From NCBI GenBank assembly GCA_963828125.1, contig CAWHDP010000002.1, positions 32,001-96,000 on the forward strand: DNA of 64,000 bases, in the 5' to 3' direction. Shown here piece after piece: positions 47,223 to 56,399 of the stretch. This stretch comes from an uncultured Chlamydiae bacterium (lineage in GTDB: Bacteria; Chlamydiota; Chlamydiia; Chlamydiales; SM23-39). Position numbers and translations under genes: made by a program. The notes below the pieces were generated by a model. That model did not search any database. It worked only from the letters and a program-made list of their open reading frames with translations, and was not told where the DNA came from. Each line of letters opens with the position of its first letter. Positions within the stretch are counted from its first letter, which is position 1.

Positions 47223-48989
47223 GTGTCAAAAAATAGCCAGTTCCATACCGAGTTGCTCGATTTCTTGCTCCAAAGCTGTCAAAAACAGATCGATGAAGAG
47301 GGGATTAACCCCAACGATCCAGAGATACGGACTCTCTTAAAGAACCTCTCCGCACCGCCTGCGGAGGCGCCCCTTCCTCTGACCGAAATCATCGAAGGAT
47401 ACCAGCATTTGTTTGGCGCCAGAGGCCCCATCCACATCGAGAAGACGCTTCTCGAGGCATTTCCTCCGAAAGATTTTACAGATCTGGGTTTAAGCCGCTA
47501 TTATCCGAAGATCTACCGGGGGCTCCCCAGACTCTACTGTCGAGATCAACCCTCTCAATCCCACATCAAAAGGAATTTCACGCATCTCCCGAGTCTAAAG
47601 AGGGAAACATTGAGCAAGGCCTTATTCAGTCTTTACGGCAAAATACCGGTCAAAGGGAAAGTGACCCTTTTTACTTGGGTGATCAATGATGGACTCGGCG
47701 ATTTTGTCGCTGCGATTGAAGTGCTCCGACTCCTCAAAGGGCGCCTTCCTGACCTCGATCTCCATTTTGTGGCCCTGATCCAGAAAGAGACTCTGACCCG
47801 CCTCTCCCTCCCCGAATCATCGATTGTGATCCCCTATGATAAAGAGTGCCCCTTCAGCCTCTTCACTCCAGAAGCGATCGAGCAGCTCCGCTCCTCCGAT
47901 CTGATTGTGCAAATTCCGACCTACTATCCCCACACCGAAGAGCTGAAGCTCTCCGTTGGAGTCCGGATGGAGTGCATAGGGGAATACGGATTTCTCGAAT
48001 CGAATTGGTTTCACCCCCAATCGGGCAACTATTCTCTTGGACTCCATTTTTTAGAGAAAGGGGTGTTGATCCGGAAGCCCTGCGAGGCCCTCTTCGAGGA
48101 TGTGAAGAACAAAGATCTTCAGAAGTGGCGCTCTCCAGACAATCGGTTTTATCTCGCCTACTTAACCTCGCCCATCGGCGGGGCCATCTACCTTCACGCC
48201 CTACTCAAATCGCTCGAACACGATCTGCAAAGCATCGATCTTTGCGTCCCCGATCTTAGCTGGTTTCTCCAATTCTCGGAAAAACAGAACAAAGCAGGCC
48301 GCCCCCTCCTCGAATGGGATTTAGGGGTTGCATCGATTGAGGTCTACTATAAAGAGCACACCTGTTTCATCTCGTTGCAGCCTGAAGGGAAAAAATTGCG
48401 CATCCTCTGTCCCGGATTCATCACCCAAAGCGACTTTCGAGCCCTCCTCGCCTTCAGCGGCGATTGGGTGGCAGTCAGGGGCAATCAATCCTTTTCTGAA
48501 GCGGTGTCGCAAGGGAAAGCCTTTTTTTATGACGGGAGAGAACACGCCCGCTTTTTCCTCAAAGATCTCGCTGCGCTGGCGAATAACCGCCTTTCTAACT
48601 ATCCAGGCGCCCTCCACTGCATCAATGGCATAGCGCAAGGGTTCCTTTATAATGTGCCTGTCGAAGAGGGGGCATGGGTCGAAGAGACCTTTTTCCAAGA
48701 CGTTGAAGATTGGACGACGATCGCCCTCAACATGGGTCTGGCTCTCCAAGATCCGGAAACGATGGCCGGTTATAAAAAACTCAATCGGATCATCTCTGAG
48801 GAATGTTCAGCGAACGCCTTCCTCTGCCACCTCGTGCAACGGGCCCTCTGTCACAAAGAGCACCCCGACATCGAGGCATTCGAAAACGGACAGACAGCCC
48901 AGTTTGTGACCCAATCGCAGTCTTTCGCTGGCGTCATCCGAGAGGTGAGAACCCATTTAATTGCAAAAGGGTATCATTTGCTCAAATAG
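47223..48989 (+). CDS. Hypothetical protein, GT-B glycosyltransferase-like (EarP-like motifs)
   Basis: 588 aa; VINDGLGDF and VRGNQSFSEAVSQGKAFFY; TTGACA upstream at 47169. Confidence 0.6.
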   Translation: MSKNSQFHTELLDFLLQSCQKQIDEEGINPNDPEIRTLLKNLSAPPAEAPLPLTEIIEGYQHLFGARGPIHIEKTLLEAFPPKDFTDLGLSRYYPKIYRGLPRLYCRDQPSQSHIKRNFTHLPSLKRETLSKALFSLYGKIPVKGKVTLFTWVINDGLGDFVAAIEVLRLLKGRLPDLDLHFVALIQKETLTRLSLPESSIVIPYDKECPFSLFTPEAIEQLRSSDLIVQIPTYYPHTEELKLSVGVRMECIGEYGFLESNWFHPQSGNYSLGLHFLEKGVLIRKPCEALFEDVKNKDLQKWRSPDNRFYLAYLTSPIGGAIYLHALLKSLEHDLQSIDLCVPDLSWFLQFSEKQNKAGRPLLEWDLGVASIEVYYKEHTCFISLQPEGKKLRILCPGFITQSDFRALLAFSGDWVAVRGNQSFSEAVSQGKAFFYDGREHARFFLKDLAALANNRLSNYPGALHCINGIAQGFLYNVPVEEGAWVEETFFQDVEDWTTIALNMGLALQDPETMAGYKKLNRIISEECSANAFLCHLVQRALCHKEHPDIEAFENGQTAQFVTQSQSFAGVIREVRTHLIAKGYHLLK

Positions 48990-48990
48990 G

Positions 48991-49004
48991 TATACTGCGG
49001 CCAC
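48991..49004 (+). repeat. Third copy of TATACTGCGGCCAC, at core/islet boundary
   Basis: Identical 14-mer to 6488-6501 and reverse complement of 8596-8609. Confidence 0.85.
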
Positions 49005-49124
49005 AATGTTAGGTGTCAAATTATTTTTATCAAAAATACTGCATTTTATATAGAATTAAAACTTGTTTTGATATATAATCTCGCTGGCAAATGTCAAGTT
49101 TCATATACAAAATGGAGATTTATT

Positions 49125-50201
49125 GTGAATAGAATTGCAAATTACTGTGCCGCCCCGCTCGGTATAGCGTATAGGGCTTTGGCTCATTTGAGTGTTAAAA
49201 AAATCGTGACGGTAGCTCTCGTTGCATTTGCAATTATGTATGGATCTCCTTATCAAGCCCCTCCTCTCAATCAAGTTATGTTAAAGAGTACTCCTTGCAA
49301 CCCTTTTTCCTCAGAACCCATCCGTCTTGATGGTGCAAAAATAATGGGAGCCAATAATCAAACATTATGTTTTTTTAAGAATCGCCCTGATCTACATCCT
49401 GGAGATCGATTGGCGCAACGGATCGATTCAGATGGTTTTTTTGGCATCCCGTGTTTAGAGAAAATCGCGATTCAAATTGGGGATAGAACGATCAGAGGAA
49501 TTTGTAGCCATGCAGTAGACAACGCGACCGATCTCCGTTCTTCAGATTTCCCTTCAAAAATGGGCGAGTTTTCGATCTTGGACGTTCAGAAAATGGCTCT
49601 ATTGGATGTCTTATTGGGTAATACAGACCGACACTTGGCTAATGCTCTGATTCAAGGAGATCGATTAATTCCGATTGACCATGATGCGGCTGCAATGGGG
49701 CGTATTTTTCTGAATGCTCATTGGTTGACGACTTCGGAACCATTTGTTAATAAAGAGTTTCAAGAGCATGGCCGATATCTCCGCTCATTTTGGATCAAAA
49801 GTCATGCTCTGGAGAGAGGGGATCATTTCCAACAAATCAATGCCCCAGTGGATCTCCAAATCGTGAACTGGATTAATCATTTTGATATTGAAATGCGAGC
49901 TGCCGATCTTCTTAATCAATTAGATCAAAGTGAAGCGGATTATATCCGATTGCATGTGCTCCTGCTAAAGGAGGTCATTGGGGTGAGAGGGCACACATTT
50001 GCTGAATTTGTGAGATTTCAACAAGAAGGCCTTTTTGAAGAAGCCCTGCGGGCCGCAAGAGATGTTTGCATAGCTGCCTTTCCACCATCTGAAATCAGCC
50101 GGAGAGCCAGCCCATCATCGAAAGAGGCGTTTCGACGCAAATTTTTCATCGAATTTCCCAACCAGCTTAGGGCCAGTCTGAATCGTGCAGAGCTGTCCTA
50201 A
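49125..50201 (+). CDS. PI3K/PI4K (type II-like)/HipA-like kinase
   Basis: CFFK; LDVLLGNTDRHLAN; LIPIDH; N-terminal hydrophobic helix; GGAG RBS before GTG 49125. Confidence 0.75.
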   Translation: MNRIANYCAAPLGIAYRALAHLSVKKIVTVALVAFAIMYGSPYQAPPLNQVMLKSTPCNPFSSEPIRLDGAKIMGANNQTLCFFKNRPDLHPGDRLAQRIDSDGFFGIPCLEKIAIQIGDRTIRGICSHAVDNATDLRSSDFPSKMGEFSILDVQKMALLDVLLGNTDRHLANALIQGDRLIPIDHDAAAMGRIFLNAHWLTTSEPFVNKEFQEHGRYLRSFWIKSHALERGDHFQQINAPVDLQIVNWINHFDIEMRAADLLNQLDQSEADYIRLHVLLLKEVIGVRGHTFAEFVRFQQEGLFEEALRAARDVCIAAFPPSEISRRASPSSKEAFRRKFFIEFPNQLRASLNRAELS

Positions 50202-50904
50202 CCCGCATTGCTCATACATTCGCGGAAAACATAGTTCCAGCTGTCAGTGATCATCTGGACAAGCCGGTCGTTTTGTGCTCTGTTGTCAGGATAGAAATTT
50301 TGGGCAACGCGGATTGTTTTTCTTGCGAAATTTACGAATGTTTCATGCGGCCTCATTTGCGTTAAAGCCTTAAACCAAATTTTGGCTATAATCTCCATTT
50401 TGTTGGGTCGTCGCATAGATTGAACTACCCGATAAAAAGCATGGCTTGGAATTAAGCTATTTTCGTGTACATACCCAAAGTCATTTTCAGGGCCATGCGC
50501 TTTCGATGATTTGCGAAAATGGGCGGGACGTTGTCGTACATCGCGATCCACAATCTGCCATTCAGGCTTACCTGTTACCCAACTTTTAAAAACAAGTCCA
50601 AAAATATCGGCTAGAGATTCATTTAAGGCTCCGGGTTGTCCTCCTCTACGTAAAGGAGCTAAATGCCCGATAATCGCGTGTGTCCATTCGTGGGCCACGA
50701 CGTCCGGTTCTATATGCTTATTGTGAAATTGGAACGAGCAAGAGACCTCCTTAGCACCCACTTTAGAGCGGCACGACCAGCTTGCATTATCTTGGTTCCA
50801 GTCAATGAAAATGGGCGCCATTTTCCCTGAACCGTCCAATCCATCCAGCTGAAAAGTTTCCCAGAAAAATCGGTGAATCTTTTCGACGATTTTAGAAATT
50901 TTAG

Positions 50905-52284
50905 GGTTCATCCGACAAATGCGTACCTGGACTCGTGTAGGTGATAAAGTCGCAATTTAAAATATTCAATATCTCGAAACCCATAAGCCTGCCTTTTCAT
51001 TGTCTTGATTTTGTTGTTTATGCCTTCTGCTGCGGCGTTCGAGATTCGATGTTTGAAATAGTTCAATAACCCCGTCTTGTATTGGTGTAATGTTTTGACC
51101 ACTCGTCTTAGCGGTTTGAGCCCTGTTGCCAAAGCATCGACTCCCCATCTGACGAGAAAATGTTCCGCCTCCTCTACAGAGTCTTTCTCCCAGAAAAGTT
51201 GGAATTGCTCCTTCAGGGAATGTGCCAAAAACAAGGGTTCATTTACAGCCAATAAGGCGCCCAATCGTGTTTGGTTTTCTAGATCCAAGTTGTCATAATT
51301 CGTTAGGAATAAAAACCGACTTCCCTTCAGTACTTTTGCATCGGCCCCACTCAAGTTTTGCTGTTGATCTTTGCGCACCTCGTCCAGGGCTTTATTCAAT
51401 AAAGCCGTCACATGAAAATGATCAAATACCACATCTACGTTCGGCAAAAACTCTTGTGCTGCTGGGTAGTACGATTTGCTCATGTCCATAGCGATTGCTT
51501 TTAACTTTGGTGCGTGCTTTGCCAGTTTCTTGAAAAAGGGAGCTACCGCCTCTATAGTTCTACCCTCTACAGCGTGAATAATTCTCCCCGACCGTAGATC
51601 TGTGAAAACGGTCATGTATTCATGCCCTTTCCGTATGCTGAATTCATCGACGGTAATGTATTCCAAATCTTCTAGAGGAATTGTTTTATAGAGAGCAGTC
51701 AATTTCTCTTTGTGGATCCTCTTCACGACATTCCAGCTAATTTTTAGAAATCGAGAGACATCCAAGAGAGTGCTAAAATGCAAAAGATCCAGCACGTGTG
51801 CTATCATGGAGCGCACCATTCGGAATTTGCCTTTCATAAAAGGCAATCGAGGCCACCATTTATGGCCACATTGAGGACATGCTACTCGATGTAGCAGCAC
51901 GTTTAGAAAACAGGGCTTGCCGCCAAACGGCACCATTTTAAACTGCCGCTTTTTTTGTCCCTTGAAGATTGTGCGCGTACAGCCACATTTGCATTGAGAT
52001 GGATCGACCATTATAGCGTGGATCGTAATCGCCCCCGCTTCAAATTTGGTAGATTGGTATTGAACTCCGCTGATTCCGTATGCATGATACAAGAGAGAAG
52101 TAGACATAGAAGAAGCCTCCCGTGAGGGTGTTTATTCAAGCTCCTTTTATATGTCTGCTTCTTTTGTTTCTACCCGCCAGTCAAGACCTTCTAGAAATCA
52201 CAACGCGCTGAATAATCAATACTTATAAAAATCTAAGGACTTAATGCCTTTCCCCTCTACAGGTACTCATTTGTCGGATGAACC
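50905..52284 (-). mobile_element. Complete ISL3-family insertion sequence (1380 bp)
   Basis: IRs GGTTCATCCGACAAATG(C/A)GTACCTG 24/25; 8-bp TSD AATTTTAG at 50897-50904 and 52285-52292. Confidence 0.97.
50908..52107 (-). CDS. ISL3 family transposase
   Basis: Zn-finger Cys pairs, VDEF, AMDMS, FDHFH, AEGINNKIK..KR.AYGFR. Confidence 0.97.
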   Translation of the reverse strand: MSTSLLYHAYGISGVQYQSTKFEAGAITIHAIMVDPSQCKCGCTRTIFKGQKKRQFKMVPFGGKPCFLNVLLHRVACPQCGHKWWPRLPFMKGKFRMVRSMIAHVLDLLHFSTLLDVSRFLKISWNVVKRIHKEKLTALYKTIPLEDLEYITVDEFSIRKGHEYMTVFTDLRSGRIIHAVEGRTIEAVAPFFKKLAKHAPKLKAIAMDMSKSYYPAAQEFLPNVDVVFDHFHVTALLNKALDEVRKDQQQNLSGADAKVLKGSRFLFLTNYDNLDLENQTRLGALLAVNEPLFLAHSLKEQFQLFWEKDSVEEAEHFLVRWGVDALATGLKPLRRVVKTLHQYKTGLLNYFKHRISNAAAEGINNKIKTMKRQAYGFRDIEYFKLRLYHLHESRYAFVG

Positions 52285-52530
52285 AATTTTAGCGGCTTGA
52301 GGATAACGGGAATCATGACAGTTCCCTTGGCTACATATCAGTCGTCCATCCTGAAAAGAAAAAACATGTATCTTGGGCTGAACGGGTTGGGAAAGGTAAG
52401 AAAGAAATGTTCCATATCCACTCTGCTGGAGAGCTCTTGCGATCGTTGCCATAAGGACAGTCCTTGGTTTACAGTTGAAAGAAGGGAACTGTATCTTAAC
52501 ACGTTCTTTGTTGACAATCCATTTTTCTCT

Positions 52531-53355
52531 TCAGTCTAAAACCCGATGAGGGTGGTGCAGGACGAATCCTTCGGCTTTGATTTTGTGGTTGGAGACCCTT
52601 TTATTGCCGGAGTGGAGAGAGGGGTGTTCGGGATCCCAATGGACTTTGGGGAGATGGAATTTGTTTGAGACGGCGTCGTAGAGCTCTTTTCGAGTGGGAT
52701 GTTCGTCATCAGCCAGGTTGTAGATTCCGTCGAGCTGATGGCGGAGGGCGTAGTCCATCGCGGTAGCGCAGTCATGGCTGTGGATCATGTTTGTGTAGTG
52801 GCCGCCTGTTCCCGGAAGGGTGTGCCCTTCCATTTGCTTTACGCGGTGGGAGAGTTCTCTGCCGGGTCCATAGATTTCAGCGAGACGGAGAATCGTGACG
52901 CGCCAGCCTACTTCCTGCAGAGATAGGTAGTGCTTTTCTGCTTCAATCAAGATTTTCCCCTGATCGCTTTTGTTGAGGAGTTCGGAGTGCTCGTCGACCC
53001 ACTGCCCGTGCGCATCGCCATAGACCGATGTGCTGCTTGTGTAAATGAGGTGGCGGGGCAAATCCATCTCGAGGCCTAAATGGCGGATGATTTTAGAGGT
53101 GTTGAGATAGGCGCTTTCATATTGATCCGGGCTGTCGGCAGCCACTGTGACGACGATGGCGTCATTGTCTGCAATCAAGGGAACCCATTCGTCCTCGTCA
53201 TTGCCTTTTAGGACGATCGATTTTTGCGATACTTTGGCAAGGGCTTCGAGCCGATCGGGATTGCGGGTGGTTGAGGTGACCGTGTACCCTTTTTTCTTCC
53301 AGCGAAGAGCGGCCTCTGAGCCGATGTAGCCGCAGCCGATAATTGCAATATTCAA
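52531..53355 (-). CDS. NAD(P)-dependent epimerase/atypical SDR (YeeZ-like)
   Basis: IIGCGYIG, YTSSTSVYG, LRLAEIYGPGR. Confidence 0.9.
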   Translation of the reverse strand: MNIAIIGCGYIGSEAALRWKKKGYTVTSTTRNPDRLEALAKVSQKSIVLKGNDEDEWVPLIADNDAIVVTVAADSPDQYESAYLNTSKIIRHLGLEMDLPRHLIYTSSTSVYGDAHGQWVDEHSELLNKSDQGKILIEAEKHYLSLQEVGWRVTILRLAEIYGPGRELSHRVKQMEGHTLPGTGGHYTNMIHSHDCATAMDYALRHQLDGIYNLADDEHPTRKELYDAVSNKFHLPKVHWDPEHPSLHSGNKRVSNHKIKAEGFVLHHPHRVLD

Positions 53356-54059
53356 GATGCACCTGCCAGATAACCGAGTTTTTCAAAGGCCTCTTTTAGA
53401 GGGGCGTTCTCTTTTTTATCCAAAGCCCCCTCGCGGGCGAGCCATTTGGCGTATTCTTTTGGGATCTCGGTCAGGAGTTTGCCGGCGTGTTTGCCGAAGG
53501 GCATCTTCTGTAGGTCGGATGCAGGGGGTGTTTGGCTGAGAAGAGAGAGAATGGTCCTCATCTCCAGATCATCGATCATACGGCTAAAGACTTGATGCAG
53601 GACGTAGACGTCGTCCAGCGCCCGGTGGGCCTGGTTCGATTCGATTCCGTAGACCTCTCTCAAAAACTGGAGGCTGTGTTTCGGAAGATCTCTTCGGTAT
53701 TTGCGGGACCATTTGAGAGAGTCGATGAAGATCCAGTTAGGCATAGACAGGCCAGCTCTTTGAAATTCGGCGTCCAAAAAAAGCTTGTCGAAAGCGTCAT
53801 TATTATGGGCGATGAGGACAAATTCGCCAGTGCAAAAGTTTGTAAACGCTTGGAGCGCCTCTTGGATAGGAGGGGCCCCTTTGACCATCTCGTCGGTGAT
53901 CCCGCTGATCGCTGTCGAATCGGGGGGGATGGGACAGCCGGGATTTGTGAACATGCAAAACTTCCGATCTTCTGCCGGGTCGAACGCGGCGATTTCAATG
54001 ATCCGGTCTTTTCCCGGTTTGACCCCGGTTGTCTCTGTATCGTAATATATGGGGCGCAT
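53352..54059 (-). CDS. dnaQ: DnaQ-like DEDDh 3'-5' exonuclease with C-terminal DUF3820-like motif
   Basis: YDTETTG, AHNNDAFD, HRALDD; MPFGKHAG. Confidence 0.9.
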   Translation of the reverse strand: MRPIYYDTETTGVKPGKDRIIEIAAFDPAEDRKFCMFTNPGCPIPPDSTAISGITDEMVKGAPPIQEALQAFTNFCTGEFVLIAHNNDAFDKLFLDAEFQRAGLSMPNWIFIDSLKWSRKYRRDLPKHSLQFLREVYGIESNQAHRALDDVYVLHQVFSRMIDDLEMRTILSLLSQTPPASDLQKMPFGKHAGKLLTEIPKEYAKWLAREGALDKKENAPLKEAFEKLGYLAGAS

Positions 54060-54156
54060 AAAAACCTCTTGAACAAGAAGTTAGTAAGCCGAATTTCGAC
54101 TTTTTTCTCAACTTTTTCTCGTCTTTTCTGTATGATTCTCCTCTTTGGAGGTATGC

Positions 54157-54318
54157 ATGAACCGTTGGATATGTCTTTCTCTCATCGCTTTAACAGGCTG
54201 TTTTCAGGCCTACAATCCGGACGACGATCTCAGGGCGGTCCCTGTGACCAACAACCCTCACATAGTCCCTAACTATGGGAACGGCATGCCCGGAATTGGC
54301 GGCGGGGGTGCCTATTGA
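54157..54318 (+). CDS. Small lipoprotein (53 aa, below ORF-track cut-off)
   Basis: GGAGG RBS; MNRWICLSLIALTG/CFQAYNPDDDLRAVPVTNNPHIVPNYGNGMPGIGGGGAY*. Confidence 0.7.
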   Translation: MNRWICLSLIALTGCFQAYNPDDDLRAVPVTNNPHIVPNYGNGMPGIGGGGAY

Positions 54319-54364
54319 CAACGGCGCCAAAGTCGGTTAAGCTGACAAGACAGGTTCTGCAATC

Positions 54365-55393
54365 ATGAAAAGAAGTCCCGCCTACACCTTTTTTAGGGGA
54401 GATCCCGGCAAGATCGCCTCCAAGCTCGGTCAGGAAAGCTTGCTGAACGTCCTCAAACAGATGCTCTTGGTGCGCAATTTTGAAATCCGAGGCGAGCAGG
54501 CCTACCAGCAGGGGAAAGTGGGGGGATTCTATCACTCTTACATGGGCCAAGAGGCAATCCAAGCAGGATGTACGGCTGCCGTAGGCTTAAATAACTGGTT
54601 TACAACGACTTACCGCTGTCATGCTCTGGCTCTTTTGCTGGGTGTAACGCCCAATGAGGCGATGGCGGAGCTCTACGGGCGCTCTACGGGGAATGCGATG
54701 GGGCGGGGCGGTTCGATGCACCTTTATTCGGAGCGGATGCTTGGAGGCCTTGCCATCGTGGGCGGCCATGTGCCGATCGCGACGGGAGCTGCGTTCAGCA
54801 TCAAGTATCTCAAACAAAAAAATAGGGCGAGTTTTTGTTTTCTCGGCGATGGGGCGGTGGTGCAGGGGGCGGTGCATGAATCGCTCAACTTGGCGGCCCT
54901 TTGGGATCTCCCTTGCATTTATGTGATTGAGAATAATCAGTGGGGGATGGGGACGGCCGTTTCGCGCGCGGTCTGTATGGAGCCCATTGGGGAGAATTTA
55001 GCGAAGGCCTATGGGATCCAATCCTACACAGTCGACGGCTCCAATTTTTTCGATTGCTATGCCCTTTTTGAAGAGGTGTATCAAAAAACCCTTGAAACGA
55101 GTCGCCCTGTCCTCATCGAGGCGGTGACAGAGCGGTTCAGAGGACATTCGATCTCTGATCCGGGCCATTATAGGACGAAGGAGGAGCTGGCTCTTGTAAT
55201 GGAAAAAAGGGATCCGATCGCCCTTTTAAAGAGGAGTCTCATTGAACAAGGGATGTTGACTGAGGAGCAATTCAAAGAGTTCGATCAAGAGCAAAGGGAG
55301 ATCGTGATGGCGGCGATGAAATTTGCAGACGAGAGTCCCTGGCCCGATCCGATGACCCTTGAGCAGGGCGTCTTTGCGCCGGAGGAGAAGTGA
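54365..55393 (+). CDS. pdhA: Pyruvate dehydrogenase E1 alpha
   Basis: GQEA, GRGGSMH, GDGA..ENNQW, RFRGHS.SDP. Confidence 0.97.
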   Translation: MKRSPAYTFFRGDPGKIASKLGQESLLNVLKQMLLVRNFEIRGEQAYQQGKVGGFYHSYMGQEAIQAGCTAAVGLNNWFTTTYRCHALALLLGVTPNEAMAELYGRSTGNAMGRGGSMHLYSERMLGGLAIVGGHVPIATGAAFSIKYLKQKNRASFCFLGDGAVVQGAVHESLNLAALWDLPCIYVIENNQWGMGTAVSRAVCMEPIGENLAKAYGIQSYTVDGSNFFDCYALFEEVYQKTLETSRPVLIEAVTERFRGHSISDPGHYRTKEELALVMEKRDPIALLKRSLIEQGMLTEEQFKEFDQEQREIVMAAMKFADESPWPDPMTLEQGVFAPEEK

Positions 55394-56373
55394 TGGGGGG
55401 GCAGATTGTTGAAATTAGAGAGGCGCTCCGCCAGGCGATCGATGAGGAGATGACTCGTGATAGAACTGTCTTTGTGATCGGCGAAGAGGTGGCGGAGTAC
55501 AACGGCGCTTATAAAGTGACTAAGGGGATGCTTGCTAAGTGGGGCCCTGAGAGAATCATCGACACGCCGATTGCGGAAAACGGCTTTGCAGGCCTTGCGA
55601 TTGGCGCAGCGCAGACTGGGCTTAGGCCAATTGTCGAGTTCATGAGTTGGAATTTTTCCTTTGTGGCGGCCGATCAATTGATTTCAAACGCGTGCAAGGC
55701 TCATTATATGTCGGGCGGCCGTTTTAAAGTGCCGATCGTGTTCCGCGGCCCCAATGGCGCTGCGGCGCAGGTCTCTTGCCAGCACTCCCACTGCGTCGAG
55801 GCGATCTATGGCAATCTTCCTGGGTTTATCGTGATTGCGCCGAGCAATTCTTATGATGCAAAAGGTCTTTTGAAATCGGCGATCCGGTCGAACAATCCGG
55901 TCATTTTCCTCGAGAATGAACTCGAGTACGGGGAAAAGATGGAGATCCCGACCGAAGAGTATCTCGTCCCGATCGGCAAAGCGAAAGTGATCCGAGAAGG
56001 GAAGCACGTCACCTTAATTTCATATAGCCGGATGTTGAAATTTTGCCGTGAGGCGGCCGATGAGATGGCCAAAAAAGGGGTCGCGGTAGAGATCATCGAT
56101 TTAAGAACCATCAAGCCGCTCGATATTGCGACTGTGGCCTCGTCGGTTCGTAAAACCCATCGATGTGTGATCGTTGAAGAGGGGCATATCTTTGCCGGTA
56201 TTTCGGCAGAAGTCGGCTTCCAGATCATCGAGCACTGTTTTGACGATCTCGACGCTCCATTAGTCCGCGTTTGCCAGAGGGAGACCCCCATGCCTTATTC
56301 CAAAGGGCTGGAAAGAGAGACTCTCCCCAATAAAGAGAGAATTTTAGTTGCCCTGGAAGAAGTCCTCGCCTAA
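55390..56373 (+). CDS. pdhB: Pyruvate dehydrogenase E1 beta
   Basis: GEEVAEYNGAYKVT, DTPIAE, FRGPNG, IDLRT; ATG at 55393 is an alternative start. Confidence 0.97.
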   Translation: MMGGQIVEIREALRQAIDEEMTRDRTVFVIGEEVAEYNGAYKVTKGMLAKWGPERIIDTPIAENGFAGLAIGAAQTGLRPIVEFMSWNFSFVAADQLISNACKAHYMSGGRFKVPIVFRGPNGAAAQVSCQHSHCVEAIYGNLPGFIVIAPSNSYDAKGLLKSAIRSNNPVIFLENELEYGEKMEIPTEEYLVPIGKAKVIREGKHVTLISYSRMLKFCREAADEMAKKGVAVEIIDLRTIKPLDIATVASSVRKTHRCVIVEEGHIFAGISAEVGFQIIEHCFDDLDAPLVRVCQRETPMPYSKGLERETLPNKERILVALEEVLA

Positions 56374-56399
56374 TATAGTGCTTTTAAGCGAGGTGTGCT

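Larger units (their letters stand above)
50198..52452 (-). pseudogene. M4 (thermolysin/protealysin-like) metallopeptidase interrupted by ISL3
   Basis: 5' part 52452-52285, 3' part 50896-50198; removing the IS and one TSD gives ..QAAKISKIVEK.. in frame (288 aa); HEWTH, GALNESLAD, VHENS. Confidence 0.92.
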
